In this document: positions 7,764-16,646 of the stretch, piece after piece
Position numbering within the stretch: the first letter of the stretch is position 1
Layout of the letters: every line of letters starts with the position of its first letter
NCBI GenBank assembly: GCA_965652025.1
Contig: CBFGTM010000007.1
Location: 19,817-83,816, forward strand
Source: an uncultured Gemmatimonadales bacterium
GTDB lineage: Bacteria; Gemmatimonadota; Gemmatimonadetes; Gemmatimonadales; GWC2-71-9
Length of the DNA stretch: 64,000 bases
Direction of reading: 5' to 3'
Program-made: the position numbers and the translations under genes
The notes under the pieces: generated by a model
Database searches by the model: none
Told to the model about the DNA's origin: nothing
The model's input: only the letters and a program-made list of their open reading frames with translations

Positions 7764-10686
7764 CCTGCACCGCCTCTCCTCCGCGACCGGCGCGTCCCAG
7801 CCGGCTGAGTGTGGGATCGGCCAGCGCACCGTCGGAGAGAGGCAGGCCGCCGACGACCTGGGCATTGAAGCGGGCGAACCCGCCAGAGGCGGGAACCGCT
7901 CTGGCTCGAGCCACAGCTCTGATCCAGGTGCTGTTCAACCAGGCCGCCAGAGCATGTGCCTGCGAGGCGGAGCGGACTGGGGCGATGTAGCAGCTATTGA
8001 GGGGAATGCGTTCGGCATCGTGCCCGGCAGTGAACGCCACGGCACTGAGCTGCCGAGCCACATCGGGCCAGACCACCCGGTACCGCGCCGTGGCGGCGCG
8101 AGTCCGGAACAACGTCCATATCGGTCCGGCTTCATAATCCCGGCGGGCCTGCAGCTCGGCCTCGAAACGGGCCAAGTACGCTGCTGCCCTGGGGGGAAGC
8201 ACGCCAACTGCCCGCCCCGCGGCATCGTGCGGCCAGAGGAGCGTTACCTGAGAGCGGCAGTGGAACGCCCTCAGGTCTCGACCTCGTACTGCTTGCCGTA
8301 GCACTTCCGGCTCCAGATCCGCTGGCGGATTCAGGAAGACGCGGTTCAGTCCCGTTTTCACGCCAAGGTGGCACGCCATCGTGGCATTGAGTGGCGTGGT
8401 GCTGCGCTCCAACTCGGCGATGATCCCCTGCAACCCCGACGTGAGGATCCAGGGCGAGCCTCCGGTCAGCTCCGACTGGCGAACCGTAGCGCCACCCTGT
8501 CCGACCAATCCGGTGCGCACCTGATGATCCGCTGGCGGCGGAGCTTTGCTGGCAATAATTGCGAGGGGATAGACCGTAGCCTCGAAGGAGGCATCCGGCA
8601 TGCCGGTAAGATCGGCGACCACATGCAGTGTTGTCGTGGTTGCGAGCGCATGCCGCGCAGCCACGCTGCAGTTGGTTGTCGCAAGCTTGGCCGGCACCAG
8701 CATGGCGACAGTCCCGTGTGGCGCCGAGAGCTCGAAGGCCCGCTCGAGAAACGCCACCGCCAGATCCGGGGAGTTGCCGTACGAATGCCGCTTGTTCCGC
8801 CACCAGGCATATCGTCCCGTGAGCTGCCGTCGGATAGTTGGCGGGATGGACTCCGACCTGAGCCAAGGCGGGTTTCCCACTACTAGATCGAAGCCGCCGT
8901 GCGCGAATACATCCGCGAAGTGACTCTGGTAGTGAAACCAGGGAACCTCTCGTTCCTGGACCAGGCGCCGCCTGGCCTGGCGGAGCTCTCGCAGCGAGCT
9001 GCGCAGCTCTTGCAGCCGACGGCCGAGCCCGAGGTCGACTCCTCTACGGCTCCCGAATAGATCTGGCGAGCGGGCCTGCTGCAGACACTCTCTTACAGCC
9101 AATAGGTGCCGCTGCTCTGCAGCATCAATGGAGCAGCGCACCGCACGCGATTCCAAGGTCCGGAGCCGCTGTACCAGTTGGTGTTTGGCCGGTCCGGCTG
9201 TGCTCACCACCTCCCGTCGCAGTGCAGCGATTTCCGCAGCCAGCTTCCCGTCGGTCGCCGTCAGCCCGCTCGCCTGCAAACCGGTTGGCTCGAACAGGCT
9301 GTCACCCTGGCGAATGAGGCAGTCCAGGTTGGGGAGCGGCTGCACCCGTTCCGGCCGTTCGGACGGATCGTCGGCAATGACCGCCAGCCAGAGCCGGAGC
9401 TCAGCCAGCCGCACCGAGGCGGCGTTCCGGTCTACCCCGAACAGATTGCGCTGCAGGATCCGCCGCTTTCTGTCGGTGAGACCACGAGGCTGTCCCAGAC
9501 GGGCGAGCCGCTCGAGGGCGCAGAGGAGGAAGGCACCCGAGCCCACCGCAGGATCGAGAATGGTGATGGATCCGAGAACTCGGCCGACCCGCGGATTACT
9601 ATCGCCCAGAAGCCGATCCGCCTCGGCTTCGGTACAACTCAGCCGGGCCGAGAGTAGACCGACCAGTGCGGTCTCGAGTATCTGGGAGACGAGTGCCGCC
9701 GGCGTGTAGAACGTTCCCGACGACCGCCGACTGACGGGCTCCATCACTCCCTCGAAAACCCGGCCCAGCATGTCGGGCGCAACGCTGCCCCGACTGCTCC
9801 CCTCGGCTACCACAAAGTGGAAACGCTCGAACAGATCGTTGAATGCCTGTCGCCATAGCTCGTTGGACAGATCGCCGCGCCAGAGCTGCTCCAGTGGGTG
9901 AGGCTCGAACAAACCGCCATTCAGGAAGGGAAGGGATCCGAATTGCCGGGCGCCGTGGGTGCGGTGACCGAGCGGCTGATTCAGGGTTCCGAAGAAGAGC
10001 GGTCGCAACACGTCCCGATGGATTTTCCTTTTCCGCGTCAAACAGCGGTCGATCTCCTCGGCAAGAAAGCGGTCCCGCCCATCCAGCCACCCCTTGGCCT
10101 GGATGAAATAGAGGAAGAGCACTCGAGTGAGTTGCAGGAGCGCCAAGGCCTGGCGGTCTTGCGCCGGGAGCGTACCAGGCAGGTCATTTGCCATCCGCTC
10201 GAGAGTGCTGCGGAATGCTCGAAAGAACCGTTGGCTGACCGGCTCGCTCGCCAAGGCTTCGGCCGCGCGTGCAGCATAGGCCAGCGCTCCGCCTTCGGTA
10301 GGGGCCGCCAGACGGGTCAGCGCGGCGACTCCTTCCGGGTCGGGATGCCAGAGATTCAGCTCCAGTGAAGGACAGCGGTCGAATGCCGCGGCAATGGCGA
10401 GACGGTGCAACTGACCGTTGAGAGCGACGACCAATGCCAGTTTGCCTCGTCGGCTGATACGGCGCGCGAGCAGCCTGGCGTCCCGGTGCGGATGGTCAGA
10501 TTCGAGACCAAGCCACGGCACCTGGCCGGTCTGGCCCACAGCTATGATCTTGAGCGGCGCTTCTCCGCGTCGAGTCCAGGCTTCCTCGGGGATGGGCTCC
10601 CAGAGCGGTTGATGTCCGAGCCTGGCGATCAGCTGGGCCACATCCGAGAGTGATTGAATACACCGGATTGACCCTTCGAGATCCAT
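7663..10686 (-). CDS. N6-adenine DNA methyltransferase, gamma class (Eco57I / type IIG / PglX-like) with C-terminal target-recognition domain
   Basis: 1007 aa. Helical region with LFLYFIQAKGW, NGGLFEP, GTFYTP; SAM motif ILDPAVGSGAFLL; catalytic motif VVGNPPWL; TaqI-C-like LGVKTGLNRVFL. The first ~140 aa are unassigned. Confidence 0.85.
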   Translation of the reverse strand: MDLEGSIRCIQSLSDVAQLIARLGHQPLWEPIPEEAWTRRGEAPLKIIAVGQTGQVPWLGLESDHPHRDARLLARRISRRGKLALVVALNGQLHRLAIAAAFDRCPSLELNLWHPDPEGVAALTRLAAPTEGGALAYAARAAEALASEPVSQRFFRAFRSTLERMANDLPGTLPAQDRQALALLQLTRVLFLYFIQAKGWLDGRDRFLAEEIDRCLTRKRKIHRDVLRPLFFGTLNQPLGHRTHGARQFGSLPFLNGGLFEPHPLEQLWRGDLSNELWRQAFNDLFERFHFVVAEGSSRGSVAPDMLGRVFEGVMEPVSRRSSGTFYTPAALVSQILETALVGLLSARLSCTEAEADRLLGDSNPRVGRVLGSITILDPAVGSGAFLLCALERLARLGQPRGLTDRKRRILQRNLFGVDRNAASVRLAELRLWLAVIADDPSERPERVQPLPNLDCLIRQGDSLFEPTGLQASGLTATDGKLAAEIAALRREVVSTAGPAKHQLVQRLRTLESRAVRCSIDAAEQRHLLAVRECLQQARSPDLFGSRRGVDLGLGRRLQELRSSLRELRQARRRLVQEREVPWFHYQSHFADVFAHGGFDLVVGNPPWLRSESIPPTIRRQLTGRYAWWRNKRHSYGNSPDLAVAFLERAFELSAPHGTVAMLVPAKLATTNCSVAARHALATTTTLHVVADLTGMPDASFEATVYPLAIIASKAPPPADHQVRTGLVGQGGATVRQSELTGGSPWILTSGLQGIIAELERSTTPLNATMACHLGVKTGLNRVFLNPPADLEPEVLRQAVRGRDLRAFHCRSQVTLLWPHDAAGRAVGVLPPRAAAYLARFEAELQARRDYEAGPIWTLFRTRAATARYRVVWPDVARQLSAVAFTAGHDAERIPLNSCYIAPVRSASQAHALAAWLNSTWIRAVARARAVPASGGFARFNAQVVGGLPLSDGALADPTLSRLGRAGRGGEAVQDELDRITAQRLSLSPLAQRALRAAVDSASNDRR

Positions 10687-10809
10687 CCGGCAGCGCTCCG
10701 GTGGCGACGGAGCTTCACGCTACGATGCAGTGCTTAAGACGCTGCCATCCAAACACCGCTGACGGTGGCGAAATTTGACTCCCATTCATGCCGGAAAAAC
10801 ATTTCGCCG

Positions 10810-11460
10810 ATGATCACGCGAAGTTCGCTTCCCATTCTACTGCTCGGATTCGGCGGGGCGGGGACTCTCTGTGCCCAAGGTTCCGCGGACACGGGAGCGT
10901 TTGTGGTGCGCCGGGGCCAGGATACCGTCGCCCTGGAGCAATTCACCAGGACAGCGACCCAGCTCCAGGGCACCCTTCACCTCAGAAACTCGAGTCGCAC
11001 CTCCGAGCGATATTCCGCCGTGGTGGCGCCGGATGCCACCGTGCCGCTGATTGAAGTGACCGTTCGCGAGGGAGTCGACAGTGGGGCAGTGCGAGCCAAG
11101 GTGCGGCAACGAGCCCGGGTCATCTTCAAGGAAGACAGCGCGGCTGTGGACGAGGTGGGAGAGTCAGGCCTGGTCACCAGGGTCTTCGCGACGGAGGAGG
11201 GTGCGGTGCCGTACCTCAACCTGTCATTTGCCCTGCTGGAGCAGGCGGTACGGCGGGCACGGGTAGCCCACGGGGGCGCCAGGGTGCCGTTCTTCAATTT
11301 GGGCGGGGGACAGACATTGGTCGCGAGACTGGCGCCATTGCGCGGTGATTCCATCCGAATGGATATCGGTGATACTCGGATACACCTGAAGCTCGACAGT
11401 CAGGGGAGATTGCTGGGTGGCAGGATCCCGGTGCAGGATGTGGTGGTTGACAGACAATAA
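10810..11460 (+). CDS. Hypothetical secreted protein
   Basis: Signal-peptide-like MITRSSLPILLLGFGGAGTLCAQG from ATG 10810 (the ORF track starts at 10765). No recognisable family. Confidence 0.5.
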   Translation: MITRSSLPILLLGFGGAGTLCAQGSADTGAFVVRRGQDTVALEQFTRTATQLQGTLHLRNSSRTSERYSAVVAPDATVPLIEVTVREGVDSGAVRAKVRQRARVIFKEDSAAVDEVGESGLVTRVFATEEGAVPYLNLSFALLEQAVRRARVAHGGARVPFFNLGGGQTLVARLAPLRGDSIRMDIGDTRIHLKLDSQGRLLGGRIPVQDVVVDRQ

Positions 11461-11471
11461 AGCTTCGAACT

Positions 11472-11513
11472 CCGCTTACCCGCTTACCGCTTACCGCTTA
11501 CCGCTTACCCGCC
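11472..11513. repeat. Tandem CGCTTAC array (five units at 11473-11508), i.e. GTAAGCG on the minus strand
   Basis: ccgcttac ccgcttac cgcttac cgcttac cgcttac ccgcc read directly. It lies between convergent genes, and the minus-strand GT2 gene stops at the TAA (11498-11500) inside a unit. Confidence 0.9.
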
Positions 11514-12658
11514 TCCCGATACACTCGTCCTCTCCACTCTACTCGGCGACTCCCGCGCCAGGTCGAGCGGATCCCGATGAAGAGGGTCATCAGAGCGCCG
11601 AGCGGATAGCCTGCCCCATAGATGATGGGGATCCGCATTCCCCAGCAGATCAGCATCCAAAACAAAATGGAAAAGCCAACTGCCAATCCCGCTGCCGGCA
11701 CAGGAAGCTCCAACCCGGGTGCGGCCAGGGCGACCAGCAGCGTAAACGCCGGGATCAGCCAATAGAGCATCGCCGTCACCAGCATGACCGGCACCAGTGC
11801 TCGGAGAGTAGGATTGTGAGGAAATGACCGCCGGCCCCCGAGGTAGATGTTCTTGGACCAGCCCTCCACCAGCGAGCCGAGGTTCTGGTACATCCGAGTC
11901 TCCATCAACCGCTCGGCAAAGGCGAAGTGAAGCTTCCTCCCCATCTCCAGGTAGGTCTGGGCCAGCGCCAGATCTTCCGCCACTTCCCCGCGCACCGCGG
12001 CATGGGTCCCCACGGCTTCATACGCCGGTCTCGTCGTCAGAATGAACTGTCCGTTCGCGATCACGTCGCGGGAGCGCCGAGCCCGGTTGACGCTGGCTGG
12101 ACTGTATCTGAGTGCCAACAGAAACCAGATCTGCGGCATGACAATACGCTCCCAGAAGGTGAGGCAGCGCTGCACGGGCGAGACCGTCAACAAGTCGGCA
12201 CGCTGGGTAAGCAGTCCGCCAACGGCACGCTCGAGCAGCTCGGGCTCATGCCGGGTATCGGCATCGGTGAAGAGCAACAGCTCACCCCGGGCTTCCTGGA
12301 AACCCTGAAAGCAGGCCCAGGGCTTTCCGTACCAACCCTCCGGCAATTCCTTTCCCCGGACCAGCTGGACCGGTCCCTCGGTTTGCATCTGCTCCACCAG
12401 GGTGACCGTCTGGTCGGTGGAGCGATCGTCAACCACGATCAATTCGAACGGCCGATAGGTGGTGTCGAGGATCGAGCGGACCACGGTCCGGATGGTGCCT
12501 GCTTCGTTACGAGCCGGAATGATGATGGACACCAGCGGGCCCGACGCGCGTGGTGCATCGCTCAAATTAGGGGAGCGTCGGGCCAGCCGAGGGAGAGTAA
12601 GGAACGGAAGCAGCCATGAAGCCGCCGGAAGCAGCTGGACGGCGCTGGGGAGCAACAC
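11498..12658 (-). CDS. Family 2 glycosyltransferase, membrane-bound
   Basis: 386 aa. VSIIIPARNEAGTI, LIVVDDRSTD, FTDADT (DxD) and hydrophobic C-terminal helices. The last residues GKR come from the heptamer array. Confidence 0.8.
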   Translation of the reverse strand: MLLPSAVQLLPAASWLLPFLTLPRLARRSPNLSDAPRASGPLVSIIIPARNEAGTIRTVVRSILDTTYRPFELIVVDDRSTDQTVTLVEQMQTEGPVQLVRGKELPEGWYGKPWACFQGFQEARGELLLFTDADTRHEPELLERAVGGLLTQRADLLTVSPVQRCLTFWERIVMPQIWFLLALRYSPASVNRARRSRDVIANGQFILTTRPAYEAVGTHAAVRGEVAEDLALAQTYLEMGRKLHFAFAERLMETRMYQNLGSLVEGWSKNIYLGGRRSFPHNPTLRALVPVMLVTAMLYWLIPAFTLLVALAAPGLELPVPAAGLAVGFSILFWMLICWGMRIPIIYGAGYPLGALMTLFIGIRSTWRGSRRVEWRGRVYREAGKR

Positions 12659-12672
12659 GAGGCGGAAGGAGC

Positions 12673-13233
12673 CTAGTCCACCTGCTGAGAGACCGCCTGC
12701 AGCTCCTGCTCTAAGGCATCCAGTTGCCGCTCGACGTCGCCTACATCATGGTCGGCGCTGAAGGAGGGAACCCCGTTTTGGGAAAAGAGCGTGGCGACCA
12801 ATGCGTCGGTGTATCCGACGACGGCGACCGCGACACCTTTGTCGATGACCCGGTTGAGTCGGAGCATGATCGCCATGCCTTGCCGGGCTCGCATCGCAAC
12901 CAGTACCGGGGCGAGGTTCCGGATCAGGAGCTCGCGGAGGAACTGGAGTTCTTCGACCACCTCGCCGGCAGCCAACCCCCGAGCGGAACCCACTCGACCG
13001 TAGTGTTCGCAGACATGGAACCAGACAGTATTCACCTCTCGGCGCAGCGGGCCGACCATCTCGGTCATGACGTCGAACAGCAGACGGAACTCCCGCTCAA
13101 CGGTTGCCCGCGGTATCGTGGGGGCGGCGGTCATCCGGTCTCCCAGCCAGTCTGCCCACTGGGAAACCATCGAGTCACGCATCTCCGCGATGATACGACC
13201 GGCAGCGAGCAATGCAGGCTGCGAAGCGCGCAC
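12673..13233 (-). CDS. Hypothetical protein (possibly an RsbRD-N-like helical sensor domain)
   Basis: 186 aa, helical, directly upstream of the GT2 gene on the same strand. Family assignment is weak. Confidence 0.45.
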   Translation of the reverse strand: MRASQPALLAAGRIIAEMRDSMVSQWADWLGDRMTAAPTIPRATVEREFRLLFDVMTEMVGPLRREVNTVWFHVCEHYGRVGSARGLAAGEVVEELQFLRELLIRNLAPVLVAMRARQGMAIMLRLNRVIDKGVAVAVVGYTDALVATLFSQNGVPSFSADHDVGDVERQLDALEQELQAVSQQVD

Positions 13234-13275
13234 TGATATTCTCCCTGAGAAGGCGTCCGTGAATTTAAAGCCGGG

Positions 13276-14244
13276 GTGATGATGGGGTCAAAACAACCCG
13301 TTCGACCGCCCAAACTCGGCCCCGGGAGCCGCATTGGCCTCGTTGCGCCCGCTGGCCCGCTGCTGGAAAGAGACGATCTAACCAGAGCCGAAGAACTCTG
13401 CCGTGCTCTGGGTTACGTCCCCGTACTCGGCAAGAATGCCTATCGCCGACATGGCTACCTGGCCGGTACCGATGAAGAGCGACTCGCTGATCTCAACCAG
13501 GCGCTGGGCGACTCCTCGATCGATGCAGTCTGGTGCATTCGCGGCGGCTACGGTGCCGTTCGGCTGCTCGACCGGATCGACTACGAGGCCGTTACTCGCC
13601 GTCCCAAGGCAGTCATCGGGTTTTCCGATATCACGGCGCTGCTCAATGCCGTCAGCCGGCGCGCGGGCGTGGTCACCTTCCATGGACCGGTTGCCCGGGC
13701 AGCGATGCCCCGGTTCAGCCGGGAACATTTCGAGCTGGTACTCGGCTCCGGAAGGTCAGCCGGGCGGCTAAAGCGACTTCCATTTCCGCCCGATGTGCTG
13801 GTGCCCCAGGAGAACCGGATCGTTACCCTCGTCTCCGGAACTGCGGAGGGGCCGCTTGCCGGCGGCAACCTGACGCTGCTCCATTGCCTGGTTGGTACGC
13901 CCTACTTCCCCGATCTGAACGGCGCCCTCCTGTTCCTGGAGGATGTCGGGGAAGACCTGTACAACATCGACCGCATTCTTGCCCACCTGCGCTTGATCGG
14001 TGCTCTTCGATCGCTGGCGGGAGTCATCGTCGGGCGCTTCACCCAGCTCGACCGTGCTAGCCGGGACGGCGCTCTGGGCTTCGATGAGGTCCTCGCCACC
14101 TACTTCGAGCCCCTGGGAATACCCGTCGCCTATGGCTTCCCGGTCGGCCATCTCGAAGCCCAGTGGACCATGCCGCTCGGGGTTCGAGCTCGTTTGGATG
14201 CCGGAGCCGGTGAGGTCGAGCTGCTGGAGCCGGCGGTAGTCTGA
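13276..14244 (+). CDS. LD-carboxypeptidase (peptidase S66, LdcA/MccF-like)
   Basis: GSRIGLVAPAGP, nucleophile context GFSDITALL, C-terminal FPVGHLEAQWTMPLG. Confidence 0.8.
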   Translation: MMMGSKQPVRPPKLGPGSRIGLVAPAGPLLERDDLTRAEELCRALGYVPVLGKNAYRRHGYLAGTDEERLADLNQALGDSSIDAVWCIRGGYGAVRLLDRIDYEAVTRRPKAVIGFSDITALLNAVSRRAGVVTFHGPVARAAMPRFSREHFELVLGSGRSAGRLKRLPFPPDVLVPQENRIVTLVSGTAEGPLAGGNLTLLHCLVGTPYFPDLNGALLFLEDVGEDLYNIDRILAHLRLIGALRSLAGVIVGRFTQLDRASRDGALGFDEVLATYFEPLGIPVAYGFPVGHLEAQWTMPLGVRARLDAGAGEVELLEPAVV

Positions 14245-14269
14245 GCCGGGCTCTGCTACACTTCACCGG

Positions 14270-15115
14270 ATGGCGACCCCCACCCTCAGCAAGCATTCGG
14301 TACCCGGAGCGCTGGGCCCGATTCTGATCGACCTGCGGGCCGGCGCTCGAGAAGCCTCCCGTCCCGCTGTCGTGATCGTCCACGGCTTCAAAGGATTCAA
14401 GGACTGGGGAATGTTTCCCCACCTGGCCGAGCGGCTCGCCCGCGCGGGCTTCGTAGCCCTCAGCTTCAATCTCAGTGGCAGCGGCGTGGACGATGCCGGA
14501 GAATTCTCCCTGCCCGACCGTTTCGGCCACAACACCTTTTCCGCCGAGCTCCAGGACATTGGCCGGGTCACCGACGAACTGATGTCCGGACGACTCGGCG
14601 TCGCAGTCCCCTCTGCGCTCGGCCTGCTGGGACATTCGCGCGGCGGCGGCATGGCGGTCCTTCAAACCGCGCGCGATTCCCGGGTTCAGGCGCTGGTCAC
14701 CTGGGCGGCTATCTCCGGCGTCGATCGGTGGCCGGAGAAACAGCGGACCAGCTGGCGGGCTGCCGGGCGGACTGAGATCCAGAACGCGCGCACCGGGCAG
14801 ATTCTCCCGCTCTACACCAACGTCCTGGACGACATCGAGCAAAACGCCCAGGCACTGGATATCGAAGCCGCCGCCGGTCGCATCCGGGTCCCCTGGCTCA
14901 TCATCCACGGTACCCGGGACGAGTCCGTGCCATTCGACGAGGCCGAAGCGCTCGCGGCTGCCGCACCAAGCAATCGGACCAAGATCCTCCCCATTGAAGG
15001 CGGAGGGCACACGTTCGGCGCCACCCATCCCTGGCGCTCAGCGACCTCGGAGCTCGATTCAGTCTTCGACGCCAGCGTCAGCTGGTTGTCCGAGCACCTG
15101 CAGCCGGCTCCATGA
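14270..15115 (+). CDS. Alpha/beta hydrolase
   Basis: 281 aa. VIVHGFKG, nucleophile elbow GHSRGGG, late HGTRDESVP and GGGH. Confidence 0.75.
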   Translation: MATPTLSKHSVPGALGPILIDLRAGAREASRPAVVIVHGFKGFKDWGMFPHLAERLARAGFVALSFNLSGSGVDDAGEFSLPDRFGHNTFSAELQDIGRVTDELMSGRLGVAVPSALGLLGHSRGGGMAVLQTARDSRVQALVTWAAISGVDRWPEKQRTSWRAAGRTEIQNARTGQILPLYTNVLDDIEQNAQALDIEAAAGRIRVPWLIIHGTRDESVPFDEAEALAAAAPSNRTKILPIEGGGHTFGATHPWRSATSELDSVFDASVSWLSEHLQPAP

Positions 15116-15969
15116 AGCGGCCGCGGGACATCTCGGGTCGGGTCTGCATCGTCACCGGTGCCACCCGAGGCATCGGCCGAGCCACCGCGGAAGGTCTGGC
15201 GCAACTCGGGGCCACCACCGTCCTCATCGCCCGCCGCAGAGAGGACGGAGAGACCGTTGCCCGGGAAATTGCCGCTGGGGCCTTAGTGGCTCCTGCGGTG
15301 GTCAGCGCCGACCTGTCCTCCCAGGGGTCAATCCGGGAAGCCGCCGCCGAACTGGCCGGGCGCTACCCTCGAGTGCACGTGCTCATCAACAATGCCGGTG
15401 TGATTCCCGCGCGCCGCGAGGTTACGGTGGACGGGCTCGAGCTTCAGTTTGCCGTCAACCACCTGGCCTACTTTCTCCTGACCAACCTTCTCCTGTCGCA
15501 GCTCAAGGCCGGGGCGCCGTCGCGCATCATCAATGTCTCTTCCGGTGCCCATGCCGGTGTCGGGCTCCGGTTCGACGACCTTCAATCGAAGGGCGACTAC
15601 CACCCCCGGGAGGTCTATAGCCGGTCCAAGCTGGCCAATATCCTGTTTACCTATGAGCTCGCCCGCCGGTTGAAGGGAAGCGGGGTCACCGCCAACTGTC
15701 TGAGCCCTGGTTTCGTAGCCACCGGCATGCTGGCCGACTACATGGGCGTTCCCCGGGCCGGAGGTGGGTCTGCCAGCAGCTTCGGTGCCAGCCCCGAACA
15801 GGGCGCCGAAACCAGCATATACCTCGCGACCTCACCCGATGTGGAAGGAGTTACCGGCAAGTATTTCGAGAAGGGTCGGGCCATTCGCTCGTCGCACGAA
15901 TCCTACGATGAGGCCGCCGCGCGACGGCTTTGGGAGGTGAGCGAGCGGCTGACCGGTCTGTCCGCGTGA
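15112..15969 (+). CDS. Short-chain dehydrogenase/reductase (SDR)
   Basis: VTGATRGIGRATA (TGxxxGxG), NNAG, YSRSK (YxxxK). ATGA overlap with the upstream gene. Confidence 0.9.
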   Translation: MKRPRDISGRVCIVTGATRGIGRATAEGLAQLGATTVLIARRREDGETVAREIAAGALVAPAVVSADLSSQGSIREAAAELAGRYPRVHVLINNAGVIPARREVTVDGLELQFAVNHLAYFLLTNLLLSQLKAGAPSRIINVSSGAHAGVGLRFDDLQSKGDYHPREVYSRSKLANILFTYELARRLKGSGVTANCLSPGFVATGMLADYMGVPRAGGGSASSFGASPEQGAETSIYLATSPDVEGVTGKYFEKGRAIRSSHESYDEAAARRLWEVSERLTGLSA

Positions 15970-16559
15970 GCCCGGCCGAGCCATCCCCACCGCTGACCGG
16001 CCGCTTGCACCGGTTGCGCGACCGCTTGGCGGCATCCCGTCCGGATGCTGCCGACGATCCGGCGCTGATCTGGGCTGCGGTGGCCGCCGTGATCGCGCCT
16101 GATCCCGAGGCGATTCTCCTGATCCGCCGGGCGGAGCGGGCCGGTGATCCCTGGTCCGGTCATATGGCTCTCCCCGGCGGCCGTCGAGAACCGGACGACG
16201 CCGACCTGCTTTTCACCGCCATCAGAGAGACCAGGGAAGAAGTTGGCCTCCTGCTGGCTGCTGCCGACCTGGTCGGCAGCCTGGAGGATGTCGTGCCGCG
16301 CACCCCCGTGCTCCCACCGATTGCGGTGCGGCCGTATGTCTTCCTGGTAAGCTCAAGACCCCGGATATCGCTCAACCCCGAAGTCACGGCTACCAGTTGG
16401 GTACCCCTCAGCCATCTGCTCCGTCCCGATACCTGGCATCCGGTTCGGCTGGAGGTTGCCGGCCAGAGCCGGGTAGTTCCAGCCTTCGAGCTGGAGGATG
16501 GGATCGTGTGGGGCATGACTGAGCGGATCCTGACCGCCCTACTCAACCACTTACAGTAG
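15930..16559 (+). CDS. NUDIX hydrolase (CoA pyrophosphatase-like)
   Basis: Nudix box LPGGRREPDDADLLFTAIRETREEVGL. Start uncertain (15930, or a later GTG near 15966). Confidence 0.75.
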   Translation: MGGERAADRSVRVSPAEPSPPLTGRLHRLRDRLAASRPDAADDPALIWAAVAAVIAPDPEAILLIRRAERAGDPWSGHMALPGGRREPDDADLLFTAIRETREEVGLLLAAADLVGSLEDVVPRTPVLPPIAVRPYVFLVSSRPRISLNPEVTATSWVPLSHLLRPDTWHPVRLEVAGQSRVVPAFELEDGIVWGMTERILTALLNHLQ

Positions 16560-16580
16560 CGAGCCTTGGATCCTGAGGCT

Positions 16581-16596
16581 CCGGGCTTTCGCCCGG
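16581..16596 (+). terminator. Small GC hairpin after the NUDIX gene
   Basis: ccgggc-tttc-gcccgg, 22 nt after the stop at 16559. No U tract follows, so weak. Confidence 0.3.
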
Positions 16597-16603
16597 GGCA
16601 AAC

Positions 16604-16645
16604 TTGACATTAGCACGGTCTTAACACAATATTAGGCTGTCCTAA
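16604..16645 (+). promoter_or_regulatory. Putative promoter (TTGACA 16604-16609) plus DtxR-type operator TTAGGctgtCCTAA (16632-16645)
   Basis: The 14-bp inverted repeat TTAGG-CTGT-CCTAA ends 1 nt before the regulator start. The half-sites match the TTAGG/CCTAA ends of DtxR/IdeR-type boxes. Confidence 0.55.
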
Positions 16646-16646
16646 A

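Noticed and set aside
11472-11513. Heptamer arrays here and at the other five loci considered as CRISPR or as contingency (phase-variation) repeats
   Set aside because: The units are 7-8 nt and directly abut with no spacers, so this is not CRISPR. Slippage cannot switch a gene on or off, because one strand has stops in all frames and the other has none. They are reported as a distinct repeat family instead.
14057-15028. 323-aa minus-strand ORF
   Set aside because: Antisense to the alpha/beta hydrolase (GHSRGG) and the end of the LD-carboxypeptidase gene. Low-complexity Gly/Pro/Arg composition.
16560-16646. Possible Mn riboswitch (yybP-ykoY type) or other leader upstream of the regulator and mntH
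   Set aside because: The region is only 87 nt and is explained by a hairpin, a TTGACA promoter element and a DtxR-type palindrome. mntH overlaps the regulator gene, leaving no leader.
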